A stretch of 64,000 bases of DNA from Felis catus. Taxonomy: Eukaryota. Position 1 is the first letter of the stretch. The number at the start of each line of letters is the position of its first letter. The notes under the pieces were generated by a model. The model was not told the DNA's origin. It ran no database searches and saw nothing but the letters and a program-made list of their open reading frames with translations. The stretch lies in assembly GCF_018350175.1 (NCBI RefSeq), contig NC_058368.1:30568001-30632000 (forward strand). The letters run 5' to 3'. A program made the position numbers and the translations under genes. This document shows, in pieces, positions 51,767 through 64,000 of the stretch.

Positions 51767-53459
51767 ACTATTCTAAGAGAGAAATCTGTATATGTACAAT
51801 CGATACATATCTTGAAAATGGTGAGATATTGATAAAGAATATAAGAGATGGAAATGCCTGACAGCAAGAAAAGTAAATTTGTTAGAATGGAGAAAATCAT
51901 TACTATATAGCAAGCCTGTACAGGAGAATTTATTGACTTCATTTGTATTGTCAGCATAAAAGCATAGGATCAAGGAACACTGAAAAGGTAAGTTCAAAGA
52001 GTACAAGCTTGTCTACTTCTCAGCCTTGCCAGAGAGCTTTCAGCAGCGCCTCTAGTCTGCTTGGGGAAGAAGAGCTGAGAAAATGGACAATTTCTGCCTC
52101 ACTGGAAATCTGAAGCCATTGTTATCCACATAAAAATACATGAATGTGGACAACAGAGCTAGACGTTGGGCTTGGCTATTCCAGGATAGGGCTTGAAAGA
52201 AAAGTACCTCTCAACAAATGTGGTACAGATAACCTGGTCCTAACGAACAATAAAACAATTACTGTGCAAAAAGTTCTCAAAAGCAAGATTATCTAGAGCA
52301 GGTGCTATGCAAAGGAAGCCTGGAACGTTCTTTAGGAATTATACAGTGGTGATGTCAAATAACTGGTTTGATTTGCTCAAATCAATTTCTTTCCTAATTT
52401 CTGTAAAATAATTGTAAAAGCCTGTGAGTTCAAAGGTTGAGCTTATTTACTCAATAGCTAAACTTGTCTAGCTCCTGAGTAAGTTTCACAATACCTGAAG
52501 CAACAAATGAATATTGGTAATTTGATAATAAGAATTTATTTGAGAACTTGAATGATTAAATGTGCTACATATTTGTAATGTATTTTCATGTGAAGCTATC
52601 AAGAATACATTCTTTCAGTCACTTTGCCCTTTTTAAATCTACATGCATTTCAAATAAGATTCAAGCAAACTTTATGATTCATTGCATTTTATTCATCAAC
52701 ACATTGCTTTTAAGAGTTCTTTGATGTTTGAGAAATCTTGTGTGTCTTTTGGATAAGCCTTCTTAAGCCTTTTTCCCTCAAGTCAGAAAGTTATACTTCA
52801 CTAACTGTAAAGAAATATCCAAGGACTAAAAATTTGCTTTGCAACAGAGAACCAAGGATGTTCCAAAAGGTTGCCAACACACATCTCCTTTATCCACAAA
52901 CCAAATAGAAGTCAGGGAGCAAATGCTTGACAACTGATCAGTGTATTGGAAAATAATCAACAGCAGACAAAGAAACTAGAAATCATATTGCAAAGCTAGA
53001 GGAAAAATAAAAATACTGCTTCAGAAGTAAGGGTATTGACAGGACGTATGATGAAAATGCATTCTAAATGGTATGTATACAGTGTAAGAGAAGGGGAAAA
53101 ACAAAGAAAAAGTGGTCTCTTCTTGCATTTAAACTTAATCCAGAGAAAAAAAAAAGTATTTGTACTCCAAATTGAGCTTTGGATCTGCATGTTTTAGGAA
53201 GAACTTGAAAAAAGTCAACAGTAGTTTTTCTTTCTGTTTCATTGATATTTATCATATTGCCCACTAACAAGAGACCATTTGCTGTGACAATTGCACTGTG
53301 GGTAATATTTACTATGGAAAGTGTGTATTCCTGAATAATACATTCATGTCACATTCTTACACCATAGACTTTAAACCAGAAGGTTTAACTTCAGAAAAAC
53401 AAAACTAGCCAAACATGTTCTATGAAAATTATGGGCAATAACATTGTGATAAGGCAGAA

Positions 53460-53620
53460 AATTCAATGGATTTTATGTCAGAAATGCATGGCTATAAATC
53501 CTGGATCTATTTAAACTTTTTAAAGCTCAGTTTCCTTATTTGTAGGATGAATAACTACATTATACTAAAGAGTGCATGAAACAGTATATGTAATGGGCGT
53601 AGTACTGTGTCATTTCTTGA
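53460..53620 (+). mobile_element. MIR fragment
   Basis: gctcagtttccttatttgtaggatg core. Confidence 0.6.
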
Positions 53621-54744
53621 TAGAAGATTGCTGGTACAGAGGGTCCTTTAGGCAACCTGAAGATGGATTGGAGATTAGAGAAAGTGGAAAGGATGACCTT
53701 TTCAATGTAGCTGGCACACGAGAGAGAGAAAAACTGCCAAGACTTCCCGGAATGAGCCTATGGTATTCTCTTCATTTAACCACTACGTGTGAATGAAGCG
53801 TCTGGAGCTGTGTGGGTAGATGCTTTCACAACCCACTGGGGCAGTCCTGCAAACTACCCCTCGGACAGTGGCACCTTTGCTCCTCCTTTTCTGTTCAGTT
53901 TGGTTCAGTATGCATTTATTGTCAGCTACTGAAAGTTTCCATGGTAAATAGCACATGACCGGCTGCTGCTAGGCACTCGCAAGAAAGAAGGTCATGGAAA
54001 GGAAGGTCAGCACTTTCAATAAAATTTTAAGGGGATTGCTGTAGCATGAAAAGGATCTCCAGCTCTAGTTTTGGGAAGAAGTTTATTGGAGAGGGTCACA
54101 CAACTGGTGGGGAAAGGAGTCAATAGCCCAAAGAATGCACATAGGCCAGTAAAGTGTGAGAGTGTTGGTGGTACCAAGGAGAGAACCAGAGTCATAAAGG
54201 TGCTAGATATTTGGGGAACTGCTAGAAGTCAGATATATGTAGACAATTGATTAGAAAGATAATTGACTGGACTGGGAGAGCAGATATACTAACAAGAAAA
54301 AAAGGCCTAGAAGAAATGAAATGGTGGTGGCTTAATAATACCAAAGAGATATCAAAAGGGAATCTTCACTTTTCAAATACAGTATAGAATGGTATTGCCC
54401 AGATGATTTGTGCCCCAATCCTTTATCATCACAGTGGATCAGAGCTGAGAATTTGCACTGAAAAACTACCTGGGTCAGGCTTTTAGAAAGAAGACAAAGA
54501 CTTCAAATACAGAGTGACTGCATTGGTATATCAATAATCACAGAATAGACCAGACAGGGTCTGGTATCGAAATGTTACCTGGGAGGTGGTAGGTTAAGAC
54601 AGTATATGCAAACCCCTTCATTTCTGAGGACCATGAATTCCTCATTTGTAAAACAAGAGAACTGAATTAAATTTGATTTCTAATATTTTTGACATAAGAT
54701 CTCATTAATATATAAACTAATAAATCTAATTACGAATGAGTTTA

Positions 54745-54957
54745 GGGGTGTCTGGGTGGCTCGGTCCATTAAGCATCTGACTTCAGCTCAGGTCATCATC
54801 TCACAGTTCATGGGTTTGAGCCCCACATCAGGGATCTGTGCTGACAGCTCAGAGTCTGGAGCCTGCTTCAGATTCTGTGTCTCCCTCTCTCTCTCTGCCC
54901 TCCCCTGCTTGCATGCTGTCTCTCTCTCTCTCAGAAAATAAAATAAGAATAAAAAAA
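54745..54957 (+). mobile_element. Can-SINE (partner A of the identical tract)
   Basis: TSD gaatga(g/t)ttta. Confidence 0.95.
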
Positions 54958-55039
54958 GAATGATTTTAAGTGCTTTTTCATTTTGGGGTGCACTGTTTAT
55001 ATTTAATTACTTCTGGATTAGAAAGCAGAATTTGTCACC

Positions 55040-55700
55040 ATATTAGTTTCCTAGGGCTGCCATAACATATTACTGAAATCAAGTAGCTTAAAACAGCAGA
55101 AATTTATTTTCTCACAGCTACAGAGGCCAAAACATCTGAAATCAAAGTGTTGATTGGGGTGGGAATGTTCCTTCCAAAGACCGCAGAGGAGAATCCTTCC
55201 ATTTCTCCTCCAGCTCCTTGTCTCTCCAGGGCTACCTGACCTAGAGCTGCATAACACCTCTCTCTGCCTCCATTTTCATACCGCATTCTCCATAGTGGTT
55301 CTGTGTGTTTTCTTTTCTGTCTCTTATAAGTCACTAGATTTATGGCCCACCCTGAACCGGAGTGATCTCACTTCAAGATCTTTGTCTAAAGGACATCTGC
55401 CTAGACCTTAATTCTAAATTTTTCTTTTCAACGTTTATTTATTTTTGGGACAGAGAGAGACAGGGCATGAACGGGGGAGGGGCAGAGAGAGAGGGAGACA
55501 CAGAATCAGAAACAGGCTCCAGGCTCTGAGCCATCAGCCCAGAGCCTGACGTGGGGCTCGAACTCACGGACCGCGAGATCGTGACCTGGCTGAAGTCGGA
55601 CGCTTAACCGACTGTGCCACCCAGGCGCCCCTAGACCTTAATTCTAAATAAGTCCACATTCTGAGGTTCTAGGTAGACATATCTTTCAACTCACTATGAT
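55040..55700 (-). mobile_element. MaLR solo LTR (MLT1B/C-like) split by a SINE
   Basis: tattagtttcctagggctgccataaca...gcttaaaacagcagaaatttattttctcacag...cacattctgaggttctagg. Confidence 0.88.
55420..55631 (-). mobile_element. Young Can-SINE (SINEC_Fc)
   Basis: Perfect 18-bp TSD tagaccttaattctaaat. Confidence 0.97.
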
Positions 55701-55779
55701 TACTGATGAATTATTAAGTGATATTCATATTTTTGCTTCTAGGATCAGCAAATCCTAGATACAATACAAAAGGTCAAAT

Positions 55780-56326
55780 CCAAAACAGATAGAGAATACC
55801 TCTGGAGGCCAGGACTTCAAAGAGGCCAAGTTATAAGGAAATGCAGACACATCTTGAGAGGAACTAGGCAGTCTGTCACTTAACCTCTTGTCTGTTCATA
55901 AGCAGCACAGGCTAACATGCCAGGCAGGAAGTCATGGCATTGACAAGCCCATTGACAGTCTCGTGGGATCAGGAGACAAAAAGTATAGGTGAGTAAAGCA
56001 GCCAGGACTTCAGTTGCTAAGATTCTGGAGCAAAGGAAGTGATAAAACGTTAGTTTCTGGTGACGTTTCCTTAAGGTATTTGTAGTTTCACACATTCTAC
56101 TGGACTGTAGGAAATGGAGACAAAGAAACCATGGGCTAAGAAGTTAAGAAGATAAGTGAAAATTTTGACAGTCTCATAGTGCTGGGGAGACAAAAATGAA
56201 AAAACTGGAATTCAGAGTCCACCCATTAAGAACACTGGTATATATCCGAGACATTTAGTGAGATTTCTGAAGGGCTACACTGGAAATATGATCCTAGAAA
56301 TACAATCAAGCAAAAGTAGTCCATAT

Positions 56327-56377
<51 letters not shown>

Positions 56378-56402
56378 GTAACATATATAACACATATATA
56401 TT

Positions 56403-56449
<47 letters not shown>

Positions 56450-57150
56450 GAGAAAGAGTGAGAGAGAGCATGGAAGGGGCAGAGGGAGGGACAGAGAGAG
56501 TCCCAAGCAGGCTCTGCACCATAACCTGATGTGGGGCTCGAACTCCTGAACTGTGAGATCATTGACCTGAGCTGAAGTTGGATGCTTAACCAACTGAGCC
56601 ACCCAGGTGCCCCTAGTAGCCAATATCTATAAAAATGGAAGTCAACTGTGAATTAATTCAATTCATGGTTTTGGATAAAGGTGATATGTCTGCCCTCCAG
56701 TTGTTTCCTAGATGAAAATTACATCCCAGCTGGAACGAGACAATATTACACTGAACCTCTACAATTGTTCATACATGTTGCCTGGCATTCAATAAAAATT
56801 AACAGACATGACTGCAGACAGTACCAAATCAAGAAAAAAAAAAACAAGAAAATAATTGATTTTATAAACATACTTTTTAATCAATGTGTTGGGATTATCT
56901 GAAAAGGATAGCAAGGTGATTGGGATTAATATGTTTCCAAAAATTGGTGATAAGATAGGGAGTTCCAATAGAGAACTGGTATTTGTGAAAACAAATCTAA
57001 TGGAAATTCTAGATTGAAAAATACAATAACTGAAATTAAGAAATCAGGAGGTAGGTTAAATAGTGGATTAGATACAGCAAAAGAGAAGATTGGCAAAATA
57101 AAAAATAGGCCAGTGGAGAATATTCCAATAGAAAAAGAGAGTGCTTGAAA
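55780..57150 (+). mobile_element. Old L1 5'UTR/ORF1 remnant
   Basis: aatggaaattctagattgaaaaatacaataactgaaattaagaa...gattagatacagcaaaagagaagatt is ORF1-like. Confidence 0.7.
56330..56613 (-). mobile_element. Can-SINE with (TAAA)n and (TA)n expanded tail
   Basis: Reverse head at 56613; degenerate TSD agtag..(c/a)atatct. Confidence 0.93.
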
Positions 57151-57164
57151 AAGACAATCTGGTG

Positions 57165-57730
57165 TATTTTCTTAAACAGCATTATTGAGTTACAATTTAT
57201 GTACATCATTAATTTTCCCCTTTTTAAATATATGATATATTTATTTTAAGTAAGGACTAATGGTTTTAAGCCTTTTATCATGCACTCATTGCCACTTCGG
57301 TGAAGTGTTTATTCAAATCTTTTGCCCTGTTTTTATTAGTTGTTAGTTTTACTAATGAGTTATAAGCGTTCTTTATATATCCAAGATGCAGTTCCTTTAG
57401 TAGATGTATGTTTACAAATAATTTCTTCAAGTCTGTGTTTTGTCTCCGATTTTATTAATAGTGTCTTAAAATGTTTTAATTTTGATGTTTTAATTTTTCC
57501 TTTCCTTGCCTTGCCTTGCCTCGCATTGCCTCACCTTGCCTCTCCTCTCCTCTTTTTCTCTTCTCTTCTCTTCTCTTCTCTTCTCTTCTCTTCTCTTCTC
57601 TTCTCTTCTCTTCTTTCTAGTGGATTATGCTTTTGGAGCCATACAACAGAAATTTTTTCATATTCCATGGCCACAAAAGTTTTCTTTGTTTTCTTGTAAA
57701 CTGTTTATAGTTTAAGCTTTTACATTTACC
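57165..57730 (-). mobile_element. Old L1 3' fragment
   Basis: ttaaacagcattattgagttacaattta; ggtgaagtgtttattcaaatcttttgccc. Confidence 0.7.
57505..57612. repeat. Pentamer array grading from (CTTGC)n to (TTCTC)n
   Basis: Direct reading. Confidence 0.92.
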
Positions 57731-59117
57731 TCTCATATTTATAATCTTTTATTAGTGTTCTGTTTATTTCTAAATAATTACATAAGAGTTGTATGAAACT
57801 ATAGGTACTGTTTCCCTCATAATGCATTGTGTTTGGATAGGTTTTACCCCCACTAATTGAAATCCAAATTAGAGGCATTTGTCAATTTATTATTACTTTT
57901 TAATGTTTTTTAAATAATGAAGCTCTCATATTATATATTCCATTTTTGAGCATGTTATTCTGAGTTATGTATCTAGTAAGTGTCTTTATAAAATAATTTT
58001 CTAGATTTATTATAATTTTTATACTTTTGATGAGTAATAGTATCACTTCTCTTTCCTCTATTGACAGTATTAATAGATTAAATTTTTAAACCAAATATAA
58101 AATTTATAACAAAACAAGTAACAAAAGCAAAAATAAGTAAGTATGACTACATCAAGCTAAAAAGCTTGTGCAAAGCAAAAGAAATTATCAACAAAATGGA
58201 AAGGCAACCTACAGAATGGGAGAAAATATCTGCAAACCATATATATACTAAGTGGTTAGTATCCAAAATATATAAGGAATTCACATAACTCAATAGCAAA
58301 ACAAACAAAACACTCAAACAGCTAAAATTGAACATTTTTCCAAAAAAGATACACAAATAACCTCATGATTAGCATCACTAATCATGAAAGAAATGCAAAG
58401 CAAAACCACAATAAGAAATCACCTCACATTTGGAGTGGCTATCATCAAGAAAACACATAATAAGTATTGGCAAGGATGTAGAGAAAAAAGGAATTCTTGT
58501 GCGCTGTTAATGAAATGTAAATTGGTATAGCCATTTTGGAAAACAGTGTGGAGGTTCCTCTAAAGGTTACGAATAGAATTACCATATGATCCAGAAATCT
58601 TTCTTTTGGATACATATCCAAAGGAAATGATATCAGGAACTCGAAGACATAACTTCATTCCCATGTTCATTTCAGCATTATTCACAATAACCAAAATTTG
58701 GAATCAATTTAAATGTCCATCAATGGATGAATGGATAAAAAGATATATACATAAAATGAAATATTATTCGGTCATCCCAAAGAAGGAAATATTACCTTTT
58801 TATGACAACAGGGATGAACCCTGAGGGCATTATGCTAAATGAAAGAAGTCCGACCGAGAAAGACAGACAATATGTATTATCACTCATATGTAAAATCTAA
58901 AAAACCAGAACTCATAGAACTGAGCATAGAATTGTGGTTACCAGGACCTCAGGGGTGGAGGAAATCGGGAGATGTGCTCAAAGAGTACAAACTTTCAGTA
59001 TAAAATGCAGAAGTTGATGTATAAGTTCTGGAGGTCTAATGCACAACGTGGTTTCTATGGTTACGAATACTGTATTATATAGGTGAAAGTTGCTAGTAGA
59101 GTATATCTTAAATGTTC

Positions 59118-60561
59118 CTTTTTTTTCTTTTTTCTTTTCAGTTTTTGTTTACATTCCAGTTAACATGCAGCGTAATATTAGTTTCTGGTGTACAATATAG
59201 TGATTCAACACTTCCATACATACGACACCCAGTGCTCATCAGAACAAGTACACTCCTTAATCCTCATCACCTGTTAAACTCATCACCCCACCCACCTCCC
59301 CTCTGGTAACCATCAGTTTGTTCTCTATAGTTAAGTCTGTTTCTTGGTTTGCCTCTCTCTTTTTCTTCTTTGCTGGTTTGTTTTGTTTCTTAAATTCCAC
59401 ATATGAGTTAAATTGTATGTTATTTATCTTTCTCTGACTGACTTACTTTGCTTAGCATAATATTCTCTAGCTTCATCCATGTCATTGCAAATGGCAACAT
59501 TTCATTCTTTTGATGGCTGAGTAATATTTCATTTTGTGTGTGTGTGTGTGTATGTGTGTGTATATATACATATATACATATATATGTGTGTATGTATATA
59601 CATATATCCTCTATATACTCTTCTTTTTCCATTCATCAGTCTATAGACACTTGGGCTGTTTCCATAGTTTCACTATTGCAGATAATGCTGTTATAAACAC
59701 TGGTGGATGTATCCCTTTGAATTAGTATTTTTGCATTCTTTGGGTAAATAGTAGTGTAATTGCTGGGTGGTAGGATGGTTCTACTTTAACTTTTTGAGGA
59801 CCCTCCATACTGTTTTCCACAGTGGCTGCACCAGTTTGCATTCCCACCAGTGGTGCAAGAGGGCTTCCCTGTTTCCACATCCTCACCAACACCTGTTGTT
59901 TCTTATGTTGTTGATTTTAGCCATTGTGACATGTGTGAGGTGATATCACATTGTAGTTTCGATTTGTATTTCCCTGATGATCGGTGACGTTGAGCATCTT
60001 TTTGTGTATTTACTGGCCAGCTGGATGTTGTCTTTGGAAAAATGTCTCCTCATGTCTTCTCCCCACTTTTTAATTGGATTATTGGATTTTGGGTGCCGAG
60101 TTTTATAAGTTCTTTATATATTTTGGATACTAACCCTTTATCATTTATGTCATTTGCAAAAATCTTCCCCCATTCCATAGGTTGCCTTTTAGTTTTGTTG
60201 ACTGTTTTATTCACTGTGCAGAAGCTTTTTCTTTTGAAGAAGTCCCAGTGGTATATCTTTGCGTTTGTTTGCCTTATCTTGGAGAAGGTAGAAAGAAGTT
60301 GCTGTGGCCAATGACAAAGAGGTTACTTCATGAGTTCTCCTCTAGGGTTTTTATGGTTTCAAATCTCATATTTACATCTTTAATTTATTTTGCATTTATT
60401 TTTGTGTATGGTGTGAGAAAGTGGTCCAGTTTCATTCTTTTGCCTGTTGCTGTCGAGTTTTCCCAGCACCATTTGTTGAAAAGACTGTCTTTTTCCCATT
60501 GGATATTCTTTTCTGCTTTGTCAAAGATTAATTGACCATATAGTTGTAGGTTCATTCCTGG
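59118..60561 (-). mobile_element. 5'-truncated carnivore L1 (about 1.45 kb)
   Basis: ttccagttaacatgcagcgtaatattagtttc reverse terminus; TSD ttaaatgttc at 59108-59117 and 60562-60571. Confidence 0.92.
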
Positions 60562-60683
60562 TTAAATGTTCTTGCCACAAAAAACAAATGGTAATTCTGT
60601 GAGGCAATGGAGGTAGTAACTAATCCTACTGTGGTAATCATGTCATAGTATATAAGTGTATCAAGTCAATATGCTATACACTT

Positions 60684-60902
60684 AAAAAAATTTTTTTAAT
60701 GTTTGTTTATTTTTGAGACAGAGAGAGATACAGAGTGCAAGTTGGGGAGGGGCAGAGAGAGAGGGAGACACAGAATCCGAAGCAGGCTCCAGGCCCTGAG
60801 CTGTCAGCACAGAGCCCGAGGTGGGGCTCAAACCCATGAACTGTGAGATGATGACCTGAGCTGAAGTCAGATGCTTAATGGACCGAGCCACCCAGGTGCC
60901 CC
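60684..60902 (-). mobile_element. Can-SINE (partner B of the identical tract)
   Basis: TSD tgctatacactt. Confidence 0.96.
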
Positions 60903-62607
60903 CAACCTGCTATACACTTTAAACATACACAATGTTAATATCAATGTATCTCAATAATGCTGGGGAAAGAAAGATGATTGCAGCCAATCCAGGATTTTCC
61001 TAGTTACTCATAGTTGCCCTATAGTTTGAATCTGCTTGTTATTCCTTATACTATCATTCCCTTTGTTTATATACATTTTGGTCCCTCCTCTGTAATGGTG
61101 GACCTCGATGGCACATAAACAACATTTAATTTACTTAAATTCAAATAAACGTGATTAGAGAAAAGCTAACAAACCCTGTCCCCCAGTTCACCACACAGGC
61201 ACAAAATAAATTGCAAACAATAGCTTAAGAAACCTATAGAGTAGTCCCCTTCTGTTTGGTAAGGTGAGTGGACGATCCATGCGGTGGATGCAATTAAGTC
61301 TGAAGTAGTAAACGTCTGCTGGTCAAAACAAATGGAACAAATATGTGAGTAATTTAAGTATATTCCTGACAATTAATGAGGAAGTGAAATATGTTGTTCA
61401 GCTGGCCATGAAATTGTTTGTGATGGCTTTTATTTGCAGAATTATTCATGGAGAAACAATGCCTAATGTACAGTTAAAAGAACTGGTCTGTAGAAAAGAG
61501 TTAAAAAGAGAGTCTATAGCAAAAAAAAATGACAACAAAGAACAGAAAAAAAACCCTTAACTTTACTAGAATTGTCCTAGCCACAAAACACTTAAGTGAT
61601 TAGATTTCTGAATATAGTTTTTCTCTGAGATTACTTACCCTACCTTACTATTTACATTAGACATTTATATCCCTCGTACGATGCAGGATACATACACGAA
61701 ATGTAGGCTAGACTTCATGAGTGAATATTAAGAATTTCCTCAAGGGTAATTTTGTTTATGGATGACTTTTACATTATGTACTGAGCTAAGAAATTAACCC
61801 TCCACCTTTTTGAAATCATCTTTTTTTTTTTTTTTAAATCCAGTCAGGATAAGATTCCATCAGAGCATGCTGGCATTTTGATCAACCCTCTGCCAGAGCA
61901 TTTCTCTTTCTGCTCTCTCTCGAGTTAGCTGTTTAATTAGATTGGGAGGTTTTCTACAGCTGGGATTGAACTTTATTTGTTGGTTCCATATGGCTCATAG
62001 CACAATGACAGAGGCATGTTATGTATTAAAGACATTTACAGTGCATGAATTGACAATCTACTTTTCAAAAAGGCAAAATGATGACTCTCTTATAAAGATA
62101 AAATAAACACGTGTCAGAAATTTTATTCAGTTCGTTAATTAATGAGAAAATCAGTAAGATACTGAAACCGGTTCAAAGAGCATTTGAAAGGCAGGGGGTA
62201 AGTGTGTGCGTATGTGCAATTTAATCAGGAAAGTCAGGAATATTTCTGGCTTTGATACAAACAGGTGAATATCTTATAGTGAAATAAAACATAATGTTTG
62301 GAGTTCTCCATTCCGTAAGACAAAAATTATTTACTTATTTCCTGGATTAAAGTCTACAATTTAACGTATGACTTCACTTATTATAAGGGCTTTAATCAAT
62401 AGGAAATAGTGATTTGATGTCAGTATATACCCCTAGATGATATTTAAGCAACTTTCCCTCATAAATGATATTGAAAAGATGTGTTTTCCTTAAGCCTGGG
62501 ACTACAATCCATGGACTATGGCAGACGGGCAGCATTACCAAACACTTGCATAGTGAAGAAGGTGCCAGAATCGGAGTGAGGAGGCCCATGTAGTGGTGTA
62601 GGCATTC

Positions 62608-63075
62608 TGTTAGTCTGAAAAGGCTACATACTCTATGATCTCAACTATATAAGATTCTGGAAAAGGCAAAACTGTGGATATAATAAACATTTTGGTGGTT
62701 GTCTAGGTTAGGGGGAGAGAGGGATGAATTGCTGAAGCAGAGAGGATTTCCAGGGCAATGAAAATATTCTATATGGTAATGGTGGATATATGTCATTACA
62801 CATTTGTCCGAACTCAGGGATTATACAACACCAAAAGTGAGACCTAATGTAACTATGGACTTTGGGTGGTTATGGTATGCCAGTGTAGGTCCATCAACTG
62901 TAACAAATGTACTACTTTGGGGAGGGACTTTGATAATGGGAGAGACTATACATGTGTGAGTATATGGGGGTATATGGGAAATCTCTGTGACCTCCTCTCA
63001 ATTGTGCTGTGAACCTACCCCTGCTCTAAAAATAAAGCCTATTAAAAATAAATATATAATTTATTTTAAAAAAGG
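62608..63075 (+). mobile_element. L1MC1/2-like 3'UTR
   Basis: tctgaaaaggctacatactctatga...actatggactttgggtg...ctgctctaaaaataaag. Confidence 0.88.
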
Positions 63076-63594
63076 AAAAGATGTTTCCCACAATTTTAGC
63101 TTATTTTTAAGTTTTGCCTGATTTTTCACAAAAGAGTGAATTAATATGTTCTTCCTAAAGGTATCTATTAATTGAGTATAGGAACATTGCAGCTAAGGGT
63201 TTGCCATCGAAGTGCTGATCCTATTAACTTAAAAATTCAGTTGCATAAAATGACCAATTTTACTACCATTGCCAGATAATTGAGGCCTCACTGTAATGGC
63301 TTGGTGATTTGATTTCTCACCATTGTTCTAAATATGCTTTGGAACTTACTCTTTGAGAAGAGATTACCTTTGAATATTTAGTATCACTAAAATTAATGAT
63401 TATAATGCACAGAATTACAATAAAAATCTTTGAACTCCAATTGAAGTCAACTTGAAAATGGAAGGTAGAGATTCGTGTTTTAAAAAAGTAGTTAGGAGAT
63501 GACTGCTTCCCATATGAACAATTAATAGCTTTATTAATCATTTTGAATAAGAAATAAAGATACATACACTAGGCTTCTGTTAGTGTTTATATGA

Positions 63595-63740
63595 ACACTA
63601 GAATGTTAGAACTGGAATGGACCAGGGGTGCTGTTGATCACCCCCTCCATTTACAGGTGAGGAAACTGAAGCAAAATCACAGATTGTTAGTTATTATGAA
63701 ACACTATGTGACTAGCAAAGTAATACACAGTTTTGTTCTT
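63595..63740 (-). mobile_element. MIR/MIR3
   Basis: agaatgttagaactggaa...ccatttacaggtgaggaaactgaagc. Confidence 0.75.
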
Positions 63741-64000
63741 AACATATCTCTTACATGTATGAGGTCTAGCTAATTGCTAATTGCTGAATCATTAGAGATA
63801 CATAGGATAGCACTAGATTTTTTTTTATAGGTAATGAAATCAGAATCTAGAACTGAAATGACTCATAAAACATAACCAGCCTCATTATATGGAGGTTTCC
63901 ACCTACCAAAGCAGCTGGATTTTAAAAAGTGGAAATATTTTGAGACAATAGTTGGGGGGAGGGCAGGGGAAAATGTATGAAACTTGTGATTTGTTCTTGA

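Larger units (their letters stand above)
58090..60970 (+). mobile_element. L1MA9-like 3' portion, split by an antisense carnivore L1 and a SINE
   Basis: gactacatcaagctaaaaagctt...ataagttctggaggtctaatgcacaac...cttaaatgttc // ttgccac...tatctcaataatgctgggg. Confidence 0.88.

Noticed and set aside
54745..60902. SINE-mediated inversion of the 6-kb interval
   Set aside because: Both SINEs keep their own TSD pairs, and the L1 hosting the right-hand SINE is collinear across it.
62474..63085. gaaaagatgt direct repeat as a TSD implying extra 5' sequence on the L1MC fragment
   Set aside because: A 10-bp A-rich match around a very old element is easily chance.
1..64000. CRISPR array, prokaryotic operon or defence system, intact ERV, NUMT or processed pseudogene
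   Set aside because: No regularly spaced repeat-spacer array, long ORF, gag/pol/env, mitochondrial or mRNA-like sequence recognised; the repeats are dispersed mammalian retroposons.

Overview
AT-rich, repeat-dominated mammalian genomic DNA from a cat-family carnivore (Felidae), judged from 29 tRNA-derived Can-SINEs (including the young felid SINEC_Fc type) and carnivore-type L1 3' ends. I recognise no protein-coding gene, RNA gene or CpG island, so the window looks intronic or intergenic. The ORF track is explained by SINE, L1 and microsatellite translation or by chance. Other content: two long degenerate L1s that keep both ends (8.2-15.9 kb +, 23.6-30.1 kb -), many L1/L2/MIR fragments, MaLR/ERVL LTRs, one MER20 and many microsatellites. 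Subfamily names are from recalled consensus motifs, not a database search. I found no new gene system. The best observations are retrotransposition and recombination footprints read directly from the sequence: (1) a 75-bp perfectly identical tract with private substitutions shared by two otherwise diverged, inverted SINEs 6 kb apart, both with intact TSDs, suggesting non-allelic gene conversion; (2) a 280-bp L1 insertion carrying a probable 3' transduction between perfect 17-bp TSDs; (3) a 1.4-kb doubly deleted 'mini-L1' nested in another L1, with microhomology and fold-back junctions; (4) a twin-priming L1 inversion; (5) stacked and head-to-head SINE insertions.
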